From Acidobacteriota bacterium (lineage in GTDB: Bacteria > Acidobacteriota > UBA6911 > RPQK01 > JAJDTT01): a DNA stretch of 64,000 nt. Each line of letters begins with the position of its first letter. The stretch's first letter is position 1. The translations under genes were made by a program, and so were the position numbers. The notes under the pieces are model-generated. The model did no database searches. It saw only the letters and a list, made by a program, of their open reading frames with translations, and was not told where the DNA came from. Shown here piece after piece: positions 10,147-19,142 of the stretch. The DNA lies in assembly GCA_965209055.1 (NCBI GenBank), contig OZ242374.1:1920001-1984000 (forward strand). The letters are read 5' to 3'.

Positions 10147-10819
10147 GGCGTTCCCGTCTCCGTTCCAGGATCTCGCTGGCCGCCAGCGTGACGCAGGCCA
10201 GCAGGATGGACACCAACAGCAGGCGTTTGCTCCGGTCCCACCCGCCCGGGCTTTGCACCAGGGAATAGATGGCGGTGGGAATGGTCTGGGTCTGTCCCGG
10301 GATGTTGCCGGCCACCATGATGGTGGCGCCGAATTCGCCCAGGGTGCGGGCGAAGCCCAGCACCGAGCCGGCCACGATTCCCCGCAGGGCCAGCGGCAGG
10401 CTGACCCGGTAGAAGGTGGAGAGACGGCTCCGGCCCAGGCTTCGAGCCGCCTCCTCCAGGCGCGTGTCCACGCTCCGGAACGAGACGCGGATCGTCCTGA
10501 CCATCAGGGGAAAGCTCACGATGGCTCCCGCGGCAACCGCGGCGTACCAGGTGAAGACCACCCGCCAGCCCAGAAACTCGTCCAGCAGCCGGCCCAAGGG
10601 TCCGTTTCGCCCCATCAGAACCAGGAGAAGATAGCCGGTGACCACCGGCGGCAATACCAGGGGAAGGTTCACCACCGTCTCCACGATCCATTTGCCGGCC
10701 GACCTCCACCGGGCCAGGAAGTAGCCCAGGCCGATGGCGAACGGCAGGCCCAGGGCCACGGAGGCGGTGGCCACCTTGAGGCTGGTGACGACGGCGTTCC
10801 ACTCCGGTTCGGTCAGCAT
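10133..10819 (-). CDS. modB: Molybdate ABC transporter permease
   Basis: LPLVLPPVVTGY, EEAAR and FARTLGEFGATIMVAGNIPG. Confidence 0.95.
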   Translation of the reverse strand: MLTEPEWNAVVTSLKVATASVALGLPFAIGLGYFLARWRSAGKWIVETVVNLPLVLPPVVTGYLLLVLMGRNGPLGRLLDEFLGWRVVFTWYAAVAAGAIVSFPLMVRTIRVSFRSVDTRLEEAARSLGRSRLSTFYRVSLPLALRGIVAGSVLGFARTLGEFGATIMVAGNIPGQTQTIPTAIYSLVQSPGGWDRSKRLLLVSILLACVTLAASEILERRRERHELS

Positions 10820-11691
10820 GGGCCTCCCGTTGGCGTTTTCCCCGCCGATGTTGCAATTTGCGGTCCGGCCCGCGGCGCGGACGCGATTCCGGCAGCCTGG
10901 TCTGCAAGTATCGAGAACCCGAATCGACGGAAGACGTCAGCGGATTCCGGGGAGGAGAGGTACTCGAAGAAACGCTTGGCCGCCTCGCCGGGAGATTTCA
11001 GGAGGATCAGGGGGTACACGATGGGCCGGCTCGAGGCGGTGTCGAGTTCCAGGAGTGGTTGCACCTCCTCCGAGATCCGCAGATCGGTGGCATAGACGAT
11101 GCCCGCCTCCGCCTCTCCCCGCTCCACGAAGAACAGGGCCTGGCGCACGTCGGAGCCGCGCACCACCTTGGATTGGAGGGGCCGCCACAGGTCGAGTCTT
11201 TGCAGCGCATCCCGGGCGTAGATCCCCGCGGGGACGCCCTCGGGGTCGGCCAGGCTCAGCCGGGCGATTTTCGGATCCAACAGGTCGGACGGCTTCCGGA
11301 GCTGGAGGCCGCTCCCCGACGGGGCGATGACCACGAGCCGGTTTCCCAACAGGTCCCGCCGCCTGGAAGCCAGGCCCTCGGTGACGACCTCCTTCACCCA
11401 ATGAACGTTGGCGGAGAGGAACAGGTCGCCTCCGGCGCCGGCCAGGATCTGTTGAGCCAGGGTCGACGAGGCGGCGAAATTCAGGGTCACCGGCACCTGG
11501 CTCGCAGCCTCGAACCGGGTGGAGATCTCCCGGACGGCGTCCTGGGTGCTGGCCGCCGCGAAGAAGAGGATGGAAGACGGGCTTTCTTCGCGGGCGCCGC
11601 AGGCCGGCGCCGCGGCCGCGAGCAGGACCGCGGCGGCCGTGCGCAAGCAGTTCGGCAGGGAGCGTTTCGGCATGAGACGTCGCGCCGTCAT
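10813..11691 (-). CDS. modA: Molybdate-binding periplasmic protein
   Basis: FAAAS, NFAASSTLAQQI, DLFLSAN, VPAGIYA and GIVYATD. The start overlaps the upstream stop (ATGA). Confidence 0.92.
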   Translation of the reverse strand: MTARRLMPKRSLPNCLRTAAAVLLAAAAPACGAREESPSSILFFAAASTQDAVREISTRFEAASQVPVTLNFAASSTLAQQILAGAGGDLFLSANVHWVKEVVTEGLASRRRDLLGNRLVVIAPSGSGLQLRKPSDLLDPKIARLSLADPEGVPAGIYARDALQRLDLWRPLQSKVVRGSDVRQALFFVERGEAEAGIVYATDLRISEEVQPLLELDTASSRPIVYPLILLKSPGEAAKRFFEYLSSPESADVFRRFGFSILADQAAGIASAPRAGPQIATSAGKTPTGGPC

Positions 11692-12725
11692 TCCTGGATC
11701 CGGTCGCCGGCGCCCGCGGCCTCGTAGCCGGGCAGTTGTTGCAGGTCGTTTCGATAGGACCGGGAGCGGAGGACCTCCACGAGACTCCGGATGGGGAGCG
11801 TGGACTCCAGGTCGGCCCGGTAGCAGAGGTCGTAGCTCTCCTCCCGGACCTTGAGGAAGCGCAGGCCCCGTTCCTGCGCCGGCAGGCGGACGCAGATCCC
11901 GGCCTGGGCCCAGCCGGTCCGAATGGTCTCGCTGACGCCATGATGGTCGCGGGCCGTGCGGTGGTAGCCGGTGGGCTTCTCGCCCGATCCCAGAATCTGA
12001 TCCAGGCACTGCCGGGCGGCCGAGCCTTCCTCACGGCCGACCCAGCGCAGGTTCGAGGCCAGCACTTCCCGGATGGACGCGGCCTTCTGAGCCGGGTCCA
12101 GAGCCACGCCCGCCTCCCATCGAGCCACCCGGACGAGATGGAAGTTTTTGCCCAGGACCTCGCCTGCAGCCCGGAGGTTCTCGGCATGGTCGAAATGAAG
12201 GCCGGCCGCGTGCACCAGGCCCTGTCCCAGAAGCCGGATCGCTTCCCGGCTGGAGCGGATCAGGGGAAGGACCCGGAGCCCGCAATCGGCCCCCACGTGG
12301 GAGGAGAGCAAGCCCACCGACGGGTCGCACCCGGCCACCACCAGCGTCTTCTCCGGGTTCATGGGCCGGGTCAGGTCGAGCTTGGATTCTCCATAGACGC
12401 CGTCATGCCGCAGACTGCCCGCCAGCGTCCACTCGGTGGGGAACGCGAGGGTCCTGCCGCCGACTCTCGCCCGCCAGAAACGGCCCCGTTGCCGCCGGGG
12501 CTCCCAGGCCCAATCGACCTGCTGCCCGTCGATTTCGCCCAGGCTGAAGAGTTCCTCCACCGAGCAGTCGAAGGCGCGGGCTAGGGAAAGCGCGGCCGCG
12601 GTGGAAGGAATGACCCGTCCCGTCTCGATGGCGCTGATGGCGGCCCGGGAGAGGCCGGCGCGGCGGGCCAGTTCCTGCTGAGACCAGTTCAGACGCCGTC
12701 GCCGGTGAGAGAGGCTGTTTCGCAT
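11688..12725 (-). CDS. XRE-family HTH fused to a PBP-like substrate-binding domain (putative molybdate-responsive regulator)
   Basis: N-terminal WSQQELARRAGLSRAAISAIETG, C-terminal AGCDP, REEGSAAR and EESYDL. First gene of the mod operon. Confidence 0.85.
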   Translation of the reverse strand: MRNSLSHRRRRLNWSQQELARRAGLSRAAISAIETGRVIPSTAAALSLARAFDCSVEELFSLGEIDGQQVDWAWEPRRQRGRFWRARVGGRTLAFPTEWTLAGSLRHDGVYGESKLDLTRPMNPEKTLVVAGCDPSVGLLSSHVGADCGLRVLPLIRSSREAIRLLGQGLVHAAGLHFDHAENLRAAGEVLGKNFHLVRVARWEAGVALDPAQKAASIREVLASNLRWVGREEGSAARQCLDQILGSGEKPTGYHRTARDHHGVSETIRTGWAQAGICVRLPAQERGLRFLKVREESYDLCYRADLESTLPIRSLVEVLRSRSYRNDLQQLPGYEAAGAGDRIQE

Positions 12726-12763
12726 GGATACAGAAGTATCCAATTCTGATACTAAGCTGTCAA
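12726..12763 (-). promoter_or_regulatory. Sigma70-type promoter with two overlapping palindromic operators
   Basis: Minus strand TTGACA(12763-12758)-N17-GATACT(12740-12735). Palindromes GGATAC-N4-GTATCC (12726-12741) and imperfect TGATAC-N4-CTGTCA (12747-12762). Confidence 0.7.
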
Positions 12764-13593
12764 CTCACCCGAACTTCACCTGGGCTACTCTCCTTTCGCC
12801 CCCGGCAGAGGACGGCCACCATGGGGACTTCCAGGCCGCCGTCGATTTCGTAGGCCGACGCCCGCTCCAGGATGGCCTCGCGGATCCGGACCAGGTCAGC
12901 CGGTGCCTGCGCCAATAGCGTGGGACCCGTGCGGGCTGTCCCCTCCTCGAACGCCCTCAGGAGGACCGCCGCCGAAGAGAGTCGCCAAGTCAGGCGGATC
13001 GACTCGATTCGCGGCTCCCGGAACCCGGTTTCAAGGAGGACCCGGCGCGACTCCTCCGGGTCGCTGAAACGGAAGAAGGGCGGCCCGGGCGGCAGCGGGA
13101 CCTCCAGGGTGCCGTAATCGCGGATGGAGCCGTAGACCACTTCGAAGGCCCGGGACTGGTCCGGAGGCGCCCAGACCGTGTAGGCGGCCCGTCCGCCCGG
13201 GCGGAGCACGCGGTGCGCCTCGGCCAGAGCCCGCTCCGGATGTTGGAAATGGAGCATCCCGAAATTGATGGCCACGGCGTCGAAGCTCTCGTCCGGGAAG
13301 TCCAGTTCCTCGGCGTCCCCCAGCCGGAAGTCGAGGGTGGGGTGCAGGCGTCGGGCTCCGGACAGCATTTCGCTGGAGAAGTCGACTCCAACGACCGAAG
13401 CGCCTGCCGCGGCCGCCGCCGCCGCGACATGCCCGGTTCCGCAGCTCACGTCCAGGAGGCGGGATTCCGGGTTCACGCGAAGCGCATCCAACAGGGGTGG
13501 GACGGTCTGCCGGGTCAGGCCGGCCCAGCAGCCGGCGTAGGTCTCAACGGCCTCCTGCCATCGCCCGTGCTCGAATTCGCGAAAGGTCGTCAT
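12760..13593 (-). CDS. Class I SAM-dependent methyltransferase
   Basis: LLDVSCGTG, GVDFS, GDAEELDFPDESFDAV and RVLRPGG. Confidence 0.9.
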   Translation of the reverse strand: MTTFREFEHGRWQEAVETYAGCWAGLTRQTVPPLLDALRVNPESRLLDVSCGTGHVAAAAAAAGASVVGVDFSSEMLSGARRLHPTLDFRLGDAEELDFPDESFDAVAINFGMLHFQHPERALAEAHRVLRPGGRAAYTVWAPPDQSRAFEVVYGSIRDYGTLEVPLPPGPPFFRFSDPEESRRVLLETGFREPRIESIRLTWRLSSAAVLLRAFEEGTARTGPTLLAQAPADLVRIREAILERASAYEIDGGLEVPMVAVLCRGRKESSPGEVRVS

Positions 13594-13608
13594 ATTCGAT
13601 GGTTCCCG

Positions 13609-14283
13609 TCATCCGGCCAGGATCCGGCCGCTGCCGCCGCAGGCCCCGGTGATCTCGTCCACGGTCTCGGCCAGAATCCGTTCCACGCCGGAGGAGCCGA
13701 GAGCGCGGGTGGCGCCCACGATGAGCAGCACGTTGGTGGTCCCGGGGGTGATCTTGCTGAACTCGACCTGGCGGACGTCCAACCGGCAGATCAGGCGATT
13801 CCGGGCGTCCACGTACCCGAATTCGCCGCGCCCGAAGGCTTCCGGCTCCCGGCTGCCGAGAGGGACGAAGGTTTCGTCTCCATTCAGGAACCGGAGCTGG
13901 ACCGGCGGGGCGAGACGATCCAGGTCGTGCGCCCCCAGGGAACAGTTCCGCTTGAGACTCACCAGGTTGTACGTATCCACCAGGTTGTTGATGGGGGGAA
14001 TGGCGCCCCGCTTCAGGACCAACTGCACGAGCCTTTCGCAGGACGGCTGCAGCTTACGGGGGTTGACTCCAACCCTTCGGAAGATGGAATGCAGTTCCAC
14101 CATCGGGGCCGACTCGCGAACCGAACGGGGCGTGGGAAAACGGGCCCGGAGATCCGCTGCGATCCGGCGGACCCGCGCCGGGAAGCCGGGCGGCGAGGGG
14201 TGGATCGAGACCCCCCGGAAGAGGATGGCGCGAGAGTGGAGACCCATTTTCCGGCATGACGGGGAGACGGTGAAGAAATCCAT
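13609..14283 (-). CDS. Stand-alone B3/4 domain protein (PheRS beta editing-like)
   Basis: PSCERL, IPPINNLVDTYNLVS, GAHDLD and SKIT motifs. Start reassigned to MDFFTV. Confidence 0.85.
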   Translation of the reverse strand: MDFFTVSPSCRKMGLHSRAILFRGVSIHPSPPGFPARVRRIAADLRARFPTPRSVRESAPMVELHSIFRRVGVNPRKLQPSCERLVQLVLKRGAIPPINNLVDTYNLVSLKRNCSLGAHDLDRLAPPVQLRFLNGDETFVPLGSREPEAFGRGEFGYVDARNRLICRLDVRQVEFSKITPGTTNVLLIVGATRALGSSGVERILAETVDEITGACGGSGRILAG

Positions 14284-14383
14284 CGTGGATTGATCCGAAG
14301 CCTGGACGAGACGGGTCGCCGTGTCAATCTGCGGGCCGGTTTGACTCACGGCCCGTGCCGCCGTAGTAGACTGACCCGGGAAA

Positions 14384-15574
14384 ATGAACAACGAACGATC
14401 CGGCGACGGCATCGGTCTGGCGTCCAGCGTGTTCCAGGTGAAGCCCTCCCAGATTCGGGAGCTGGGGGAAGTGGCCTTCACCATGGAGGGTGTGCTCCGG
14501 CTCCAATTCGGCGAGTCGGACATGCCCACGCCCGATTTCATCAAGGAGGCGGCAAGCCGGGCCATGGCGGAGGGCTACACGTTCTATTCCGAGAATGCGG
14601 GACTGCCCAGTCTCAGGGAGGCCCTGGCCGAAAAGTATCTCGAGCTCCATGAGGTTCGTCTCGACCCGGCCTCCGAGATCCTGGTGACGGCTTCCGGAGT
14701 CCAGGCCCTCAACCTGTCGATCCGGTGCCTCGTGAATCCGGGGGACGAGGCGCTGCTTCTGACCCCCAACTGGCCCAACGCGGCGGCTATCGTCAGCCTC
14801 TTCAACGGCAACCCCCGGGAAGTACCGTTTCTGGAGCGGGAGGGACGATTCGTCCCCGATTTCGACGCTCTGGAGTCTGCACTGACGCCTCGGACCCGGC
14901 TGCTCATCTACAGTTCGCCCTCCAATCCCCTGGGCTGGGTGGCGTCGCCGAAAGACCAGCGGCGATTGCTGGATTTCTGCCGCCGCAACGGATTGTGGCT
15001 GCTGGCCGACGAGGTCTACGAACGCATCTACTACCAGGGCGGGGCGGCTCCCTCGATCCTGCGGATCGCCGACCGGTCCGACGCGGTGGTGGTGGTCCAA
15101 TCCTTCTCCAAGAGCTACTGCATGACGGGCTGGCGGCTGGGATGGGTGGTCTCACGCCGGGACCTCATTTTCAAAGGCGCCGAGATCAACGAGTTCATCG
15201 TTTCCCACGCCGCTTCCATGATCCAGCGGGCCGGCGAACTGGCGCTCCGCCACCGGGACGACGGGATCCCGCAGATGGTGGAAAAGTTCAGGAAGCGCAA
15301 CCAGTACTGTTTCCAGGCCCTGGCCTCCCTGGACTCGGTCTCGGTGCTGCAACCGGCAGGGGCCTTCTACGTGTTTCCCGCCGTCGAGGGACTGGAGGAT
15401 TCCTTCGCCTTCGCCATGGCGCTTCTCCGCAAGTGCAAGGTGGCGGTGGCTCCGGGAGTGGCCTTCGGCCGGGGCGGCGGCGGATCCTTCCGCATCTGCA
15501 CGGCGCCCGGCTTTTCCGTCCTGGAGCCGGCCATGGAGCGGATCTGCCGTTTCCTCGAGAGAGGCGATTGGTAA
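14384..15574 (+). CDS. PLP-dependent aminotransferase class I/II
   Basis: SPSNPLG, ADEVY and SFSKSYCMTGWRLGW. Confidence 0.92.
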   Translation: MNNERSGDGIGLASSVFQVKPSQIRELGEVAFTMEGVLRLQFGESDMPTPDFIKEAASRAMAEGYTFYSENAGLPSLREALAEKYLELHEVRLDPASEILVTASGVQALNLSIRCLVNPGDEALLLTPNWPNAAAIVSLFNGNPREVPFLEREGRFVPDFDALESALTPRTRLLIYSSPSNPLGWVASPKDQRRLLDFCRRNGLWLLADEVYERIYYQGGAAPSILRIADRSDAVVVVQSFSKSYCMTGWRLGWVVSRRDLIFKGAEINEFIVSHAASMIQRAGELALRHRDDGIPQMVEKFRKRNQYCFQALASLDSVSVLQPAGAFYVFPAVEGLEDSFAFAMALLRKCKVAVAPGVAFGRGGGGSFRICTAPGFSVLEPAMERICRFLERGDW

Positions 15575-15587
15575 CCGGGACTCTTGC

Positions 15588-17204
15588 TCAGTCGACGCGT
15601 CCCACTTCCTCGGCGATGTCCACCACGGCGGCTCCCGGCTCGGATACTGGCGCCGTGGGGCTGAGGGGTGCGATCCGGGCGGCATCCTGCTTCGTCGGCT
15701 CCAGAATCCGCAGCCTCCGCCAGCGGCCGGATTCGAACCGATAGGCCATGGTCACGCCCAGAATGATGATGTACACCGTCGCGGCCACCCAGGGACCCAC
15801 CGATTCGAGTTGGGGATAGTACCGGGTCATGAGCCACCCGCCGACGAGTATGAAGCCCCAGTTGTAGAGGATGGTGACGGCGCTGGGCCAGAGCGTGTCG
15901 CCGGCGCCCCGGAGGGCGCCCGTGTAGATGATCCCGAAGGCGTCGAAGGCCTGGAATACGGCGGCGCAGATCATGAGGGTGGCCCCGATCTCCACGATCT
16001 GCCGGGCCTCGGCAGGGCCCAGATGGAGTCCGCCCACGAAGATGGACACCAGCTCATACCGGAAGAGATAGAAGATGGCTCCGAACAGGGTCATGTAGAT
16101 CAGGCCCACCAGGACTCCCAAGCGGGCCCGGGCGGCCGCCACGTCGGGCCGGTCCGCACCCTTGTAGTTGCCCACCAGTGTGGTCACCGCCACCGACAGG
16201 CCCAGGGCCGGCATGAAGCTGAGGTGGATGTAGGTGATGGAGATCCACCCCGCGGTCTGGTGATACGTCCCGAAGACCCCCACCAGCCGGGTCATGAAGA
16301 TGGACCAGCAGGCCATTTCGTTTCCCACCTGGACGCCTGCCGGGACTCCGATTCGGAGCAGGTCCAGGATGGGGCCCTTCTGCGGTCTCCATTGCCGCCG
16401 GCTCCGCAACTCCCGGTTCATGGAGGGGCCCAGGAACAGGATCACGGGGATCACCGATTCCACCAGCGTGCCGGCGATGGTTCCCAGGGCGGCGCCCGTC
16501 AGTCCCAGGGCGGGCAGGCCCGGGATGCCCGGCAGGCCCCAGCCGGGCGCGCCCAGATGTCCGAAGATGAGCGCGTAGTTCACCGCGACGTTGGTCACGT
16601 TCCCGCAGATGGCCGATACCGTGGCCACCTTGGGTCTTTGCAGGCCGAAGAAATAGTGGTGCAGGGCCCGGCTGATGAGGAGCAGGATCGATCCGGCCAG
16701 GAGAATCTGCGCATATTGGGTCTCCAGGCCGATCAAGGTGTCCAACTGCTCCATTTCCGCCCGCACCGCCGCGAGATCGGCTCCCGAAGCGTTCTCCAAG
16801 CCGATTTGAATCTGGTCCCGTTGAGCGGAGTGGATCAGCGGGAAGAGATACTGGAGCAACAGGGCGTAGGGAAGCATCAGCGCCACCCACATGCCGGCGC
16901 TGAGCCAGAGCGAGGCCCAGCCGTAACGGGGGGCGTCCAGGGCGCGTTTCGCTCCCATGGACTGGCTGACGAAGGTGTTGACCACCGTCAACAGACCCAG
17001 CGTGAAGGCGATGGGCGTAAACGCCCAGACGCCGCCATTGCCTTGGGCGGCCACCTCCACCGGCCCCACCTGCCCCACCATGAGCTTGTCGGCGAACTGC
17101 ATCACCGTGTAGCTGGTCATGGTCAGGACCGTGGGCCAGGCGATGGTCCAGAGCTCGAGCAGGGGCTGGACTGAGGGAGACGGACGGTCGGACGTTTTCG
17201 TCAT
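15588..17204 (-). CDS. MATE family efflux transporter
   Basis: Many TM segments, MQFADKLMVGQVG and GALRGAGDT. Confidence 0.9.
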   Translation of the reverse strand: MTKTSDRPSPSVQPLLELWTIAWPTVLTMTSYTVMQFADKLMVGQVGPVEVAAQGNGGVWAFTPIAFTLGLLTVVNTFVSQSMGAKRALDAPRYGWASLWLSAGMWVALMLPYALLLQYLFPLIHSAQRDQIQIGLENASGADLAAVRAEMEQLDTLIGLETQYAQILLAGSILLLISRALHHYFFGLQRPKVATVSAICGNVTNVAVNYALIFGHLGAPGWGLPGIPGLPALGLTGAALGTIAGTLVESVIPVILFLGPSMNRELRSRRQWRPQKGPILDLLRIGVPAGVQVGNEMACWSIFMTRLVGVFGTYHQTAGWISITYIHLSFMPALGLSVAVTTLVGNYKGADRPDVAAARARLGVLVGLIYMTLFGAIFYLFRYELVSIFVGGLHLGPAEARQIVEIGATLMICAAVFQAFDAFGIIYTGALRGAGDTLWPSAVTILYNWGFILVGGWLMTRYYPQLESVGPWVAATVYIIILGVTMAYRFESGRWRRLRILEPTKQDAARIAPLSPTAPVSEPGAAVVDIAEEVGRVD

Positions 17205-17266
17205 GAGGAAATCTATACGGGACGGGCGCCGAATCGAAGCCGATAGTCTAACAGCACAGGGAACCA

Positions 17267-17455
17267 GGAGGGACGATTTCCAATCGCCCGGTCTTGCACG
17301 CGTCCCCCGGCAACTCAGGAATCGGCGGTTAGGAAACCGCCGCCCCGAGCGGAAGGGTGATTTCCCAATCGCCCGGTCTTGCACGCGTCCCCCGGCAACT
17401 CGGGAATCGGCGGTTGGGAAACCGCCGCCCCGGTGCGGCGGCTGGAAAGCCGCCG
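17267..17455. repeat. Two tandem ~85-bp composite hairpin units plus an extra hairpin (BIME-like)
   Basis: CAATCGCCCGGTCTTGCACGCGTCCCCCGGCAACTC...AATCGGCGGTT(A/G)GGAAACCGCCGCCCC repeated at 17281 and 17366. Confidence 0.9.
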
Positions 17456-17488
17456 AGCCAAAATGGTAGAGTTCGTGGCCGCAACGCC

Positions 17489-19114
17489 ATGGACATCACA
17501 GGACAGAGCGGGCTGACCCTCATCGACTGGCTGATCGTCGTCACGTACGCCTCGTCGACCATCGGCCTGGGCTACTACTTCTCGCGCCGGCAGCGAAGCA
17601 CCAGCGAATACTTCGTGGGCAGCGGGGCCATGAATCCGCTGCTGGTGGGCATCTCCCTTTTCGCCACGCTGCTGAGCACCATCTCCTATCTCTCCATGCC
17701 GGGAGAGACCATCGCCAAGGGGCCCGTGGCCACGGTGGCCAACCTCTGCTCCTATCCCATCGCTTTTCTGGTCGTCTCGGGCCTGTTCCTCCACCTCTAC
17801 ATGCGGCAGCGGGTCACGAGCGCCTACGAGTTGCTGGAGGAACGGCTCGGCCTGGGGATCCGTCTGCTGGGGTCGGTCCTGTTCATCCTCATGCGGCTGG
17901 TCTGGATGTCCCTGCTGGTCTACATCGCGGCCAAGGCCATGACGACCATGTTGGGCGTGGGGGACGAATGGATCCCGCTGGTGGTGCTGGTCACCGGTTT
18001 CGTTTCGGTGATCTACACCTCTCTGGGAGGCCTGGGGGCGGTGGTCATCACCGACTTCCTCCAGTTCACCCTGCTGTTCGGCGGGGCCTGGCTGGTGATC
18101 GGGCTGGTGACCTACGAACTGGGAGGATTCACCTGGTTCCCCACCAGTTGGCAACCCACCTGGGATACGCAACCTCTGTTCAGTTTCGATCCCAGGATGC
18201 GGGTGACGGTCCTGGGCACCATTCTCAGCGCCAGCCTCTGGCAGATCTGCACGGCCGGAGGCGACCAGGTGTCGGTCCAGCGATTCATGGCCACCCGGGA
18301 CGCACGCGCCGCCAAGAAGGCCTACCTGACGCAGATGGGAGCCGGCACCCTTGTGGCCTTCACCCTGGTCCTGGTGGGATTCGCGCTCTTGGGCTACTTC
18401 CAGCAGAGGCCCGACGAGCTTGCCGGTCTGAGTCTGACCACGGACGGAGATCGGATCTTCCCCCGCTTCGTCGCCTTTCACCTGCCGCCGGGAGTCACCG
18501 GCCTCGTGGTTTCGGCCATGTTCGCCGCGGCCATGTCCAGCATCGATTCGGGAGTCAACTCCATTACCGCGGTGATCATGACCGACTTCCTGGACCGGTT
18601 CGGGCTGAAGCCCAAGACGGAGAAGGGGCACGTCCGGTCGGCCCAGATGCTGGCCCTCACCGTGGGGGCCATCGTCGTGGTCGGGAGCACCTTCATCGGC
18701 CAGGTTCCGGGAAACTTCACGGCCATGACCCAGCGCACCACCAACCTGCTGGTGACTCCCATCTTCGGCCTCTTCTTCTTCGCCATGTTCGTTCCTTTCG
18801 CCCGGGCCGCCGGAGTGATCGTGGGCACCATCTACGGGGTCACCACGGCCGTCCTCGTCGCATTCTCCGGAAGCTTCTACGAAGTGATCGCCGCGGGGAC
18901 CGGCTTGGACACCACCGCCATCAGCTTCCAGTGGATCTCTCCGGCCGCACTGGGGGCGAACCTGACCGCGGGCCTCGTGGCCTGCAGGTTCATGAAGCCG
19001 GAGGACTCCCGGCAGCGAATCCTCCTGAAGATGGCCGTCTGTCTGATTCCTCTCCTGGCATTGGCCGGACTCATACTGGGATATCCCTGGATCGACAACG
19101 CCCCGGCTCCATAG
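17489..19114 (+). CDS. Sodium:solute symporter (SSS family)
   Basis: EYFVG, SAYELLEERLG, GGLGAVVITD, DQVSVQRF and AAAMSSIDSGVNS. Confidence 0.92.
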   Translation: MDITGQSGLTLIDWLIVVTYASSTIGLGYYFSRRQRSTSEYFVGSGAMNPLLVGISLFATLLSTISYLSMPGETIAKGPVATVANLCSYPIAFLVVSGLFLHLYMRQRVTSAYELLEERLGLGIRLLGSVLFILMRLVWMSLLVYIAAKAMTTMLGVGDEWIPLVVLVTGFVSVIYTSLGGLGAVVITDFLQFTLLFGGAWLVIGLVTYELGGFTWFPTSWQPTWDTQPLFSFDPRMRVTVLGTILSASLWQICTAGGDQVSVQRFMATRDARAAKKAYLTQMGAGTLVAFTLVLVGFALLGYFQQRPDELAGLSLTTDGDRIFPRFVAFHLPPGVTGLVVSAMFAAAMSSIDSGVNSITAVIMTDFLDRFGLKPKTEKGHVRSAQMLALTVGAIVVVGSTFIGQVPGNFTAMTQRTTNLLVTPIFGLFFFAMFVPFARAAGVIVGTIYGVTTAVLVAFSGSFYEVIAAGTGLDTTAISFQWISPAALGANLTAGLVACRFMKPEDSRQRILLKMAVCLIPLLALAGLILGYPWIDNAPAP

Positions 19115-19142
19115 TCACGGCCCGCATTGGGAGACACGAGAA

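Noticed and set aside
6052-17455. Tandem palindromic repeats as a possible CRISPR array
   Set aside because: Only two copies per locus, linkers are absent or near-identical rather than unique spacers, and there are no cas genes.
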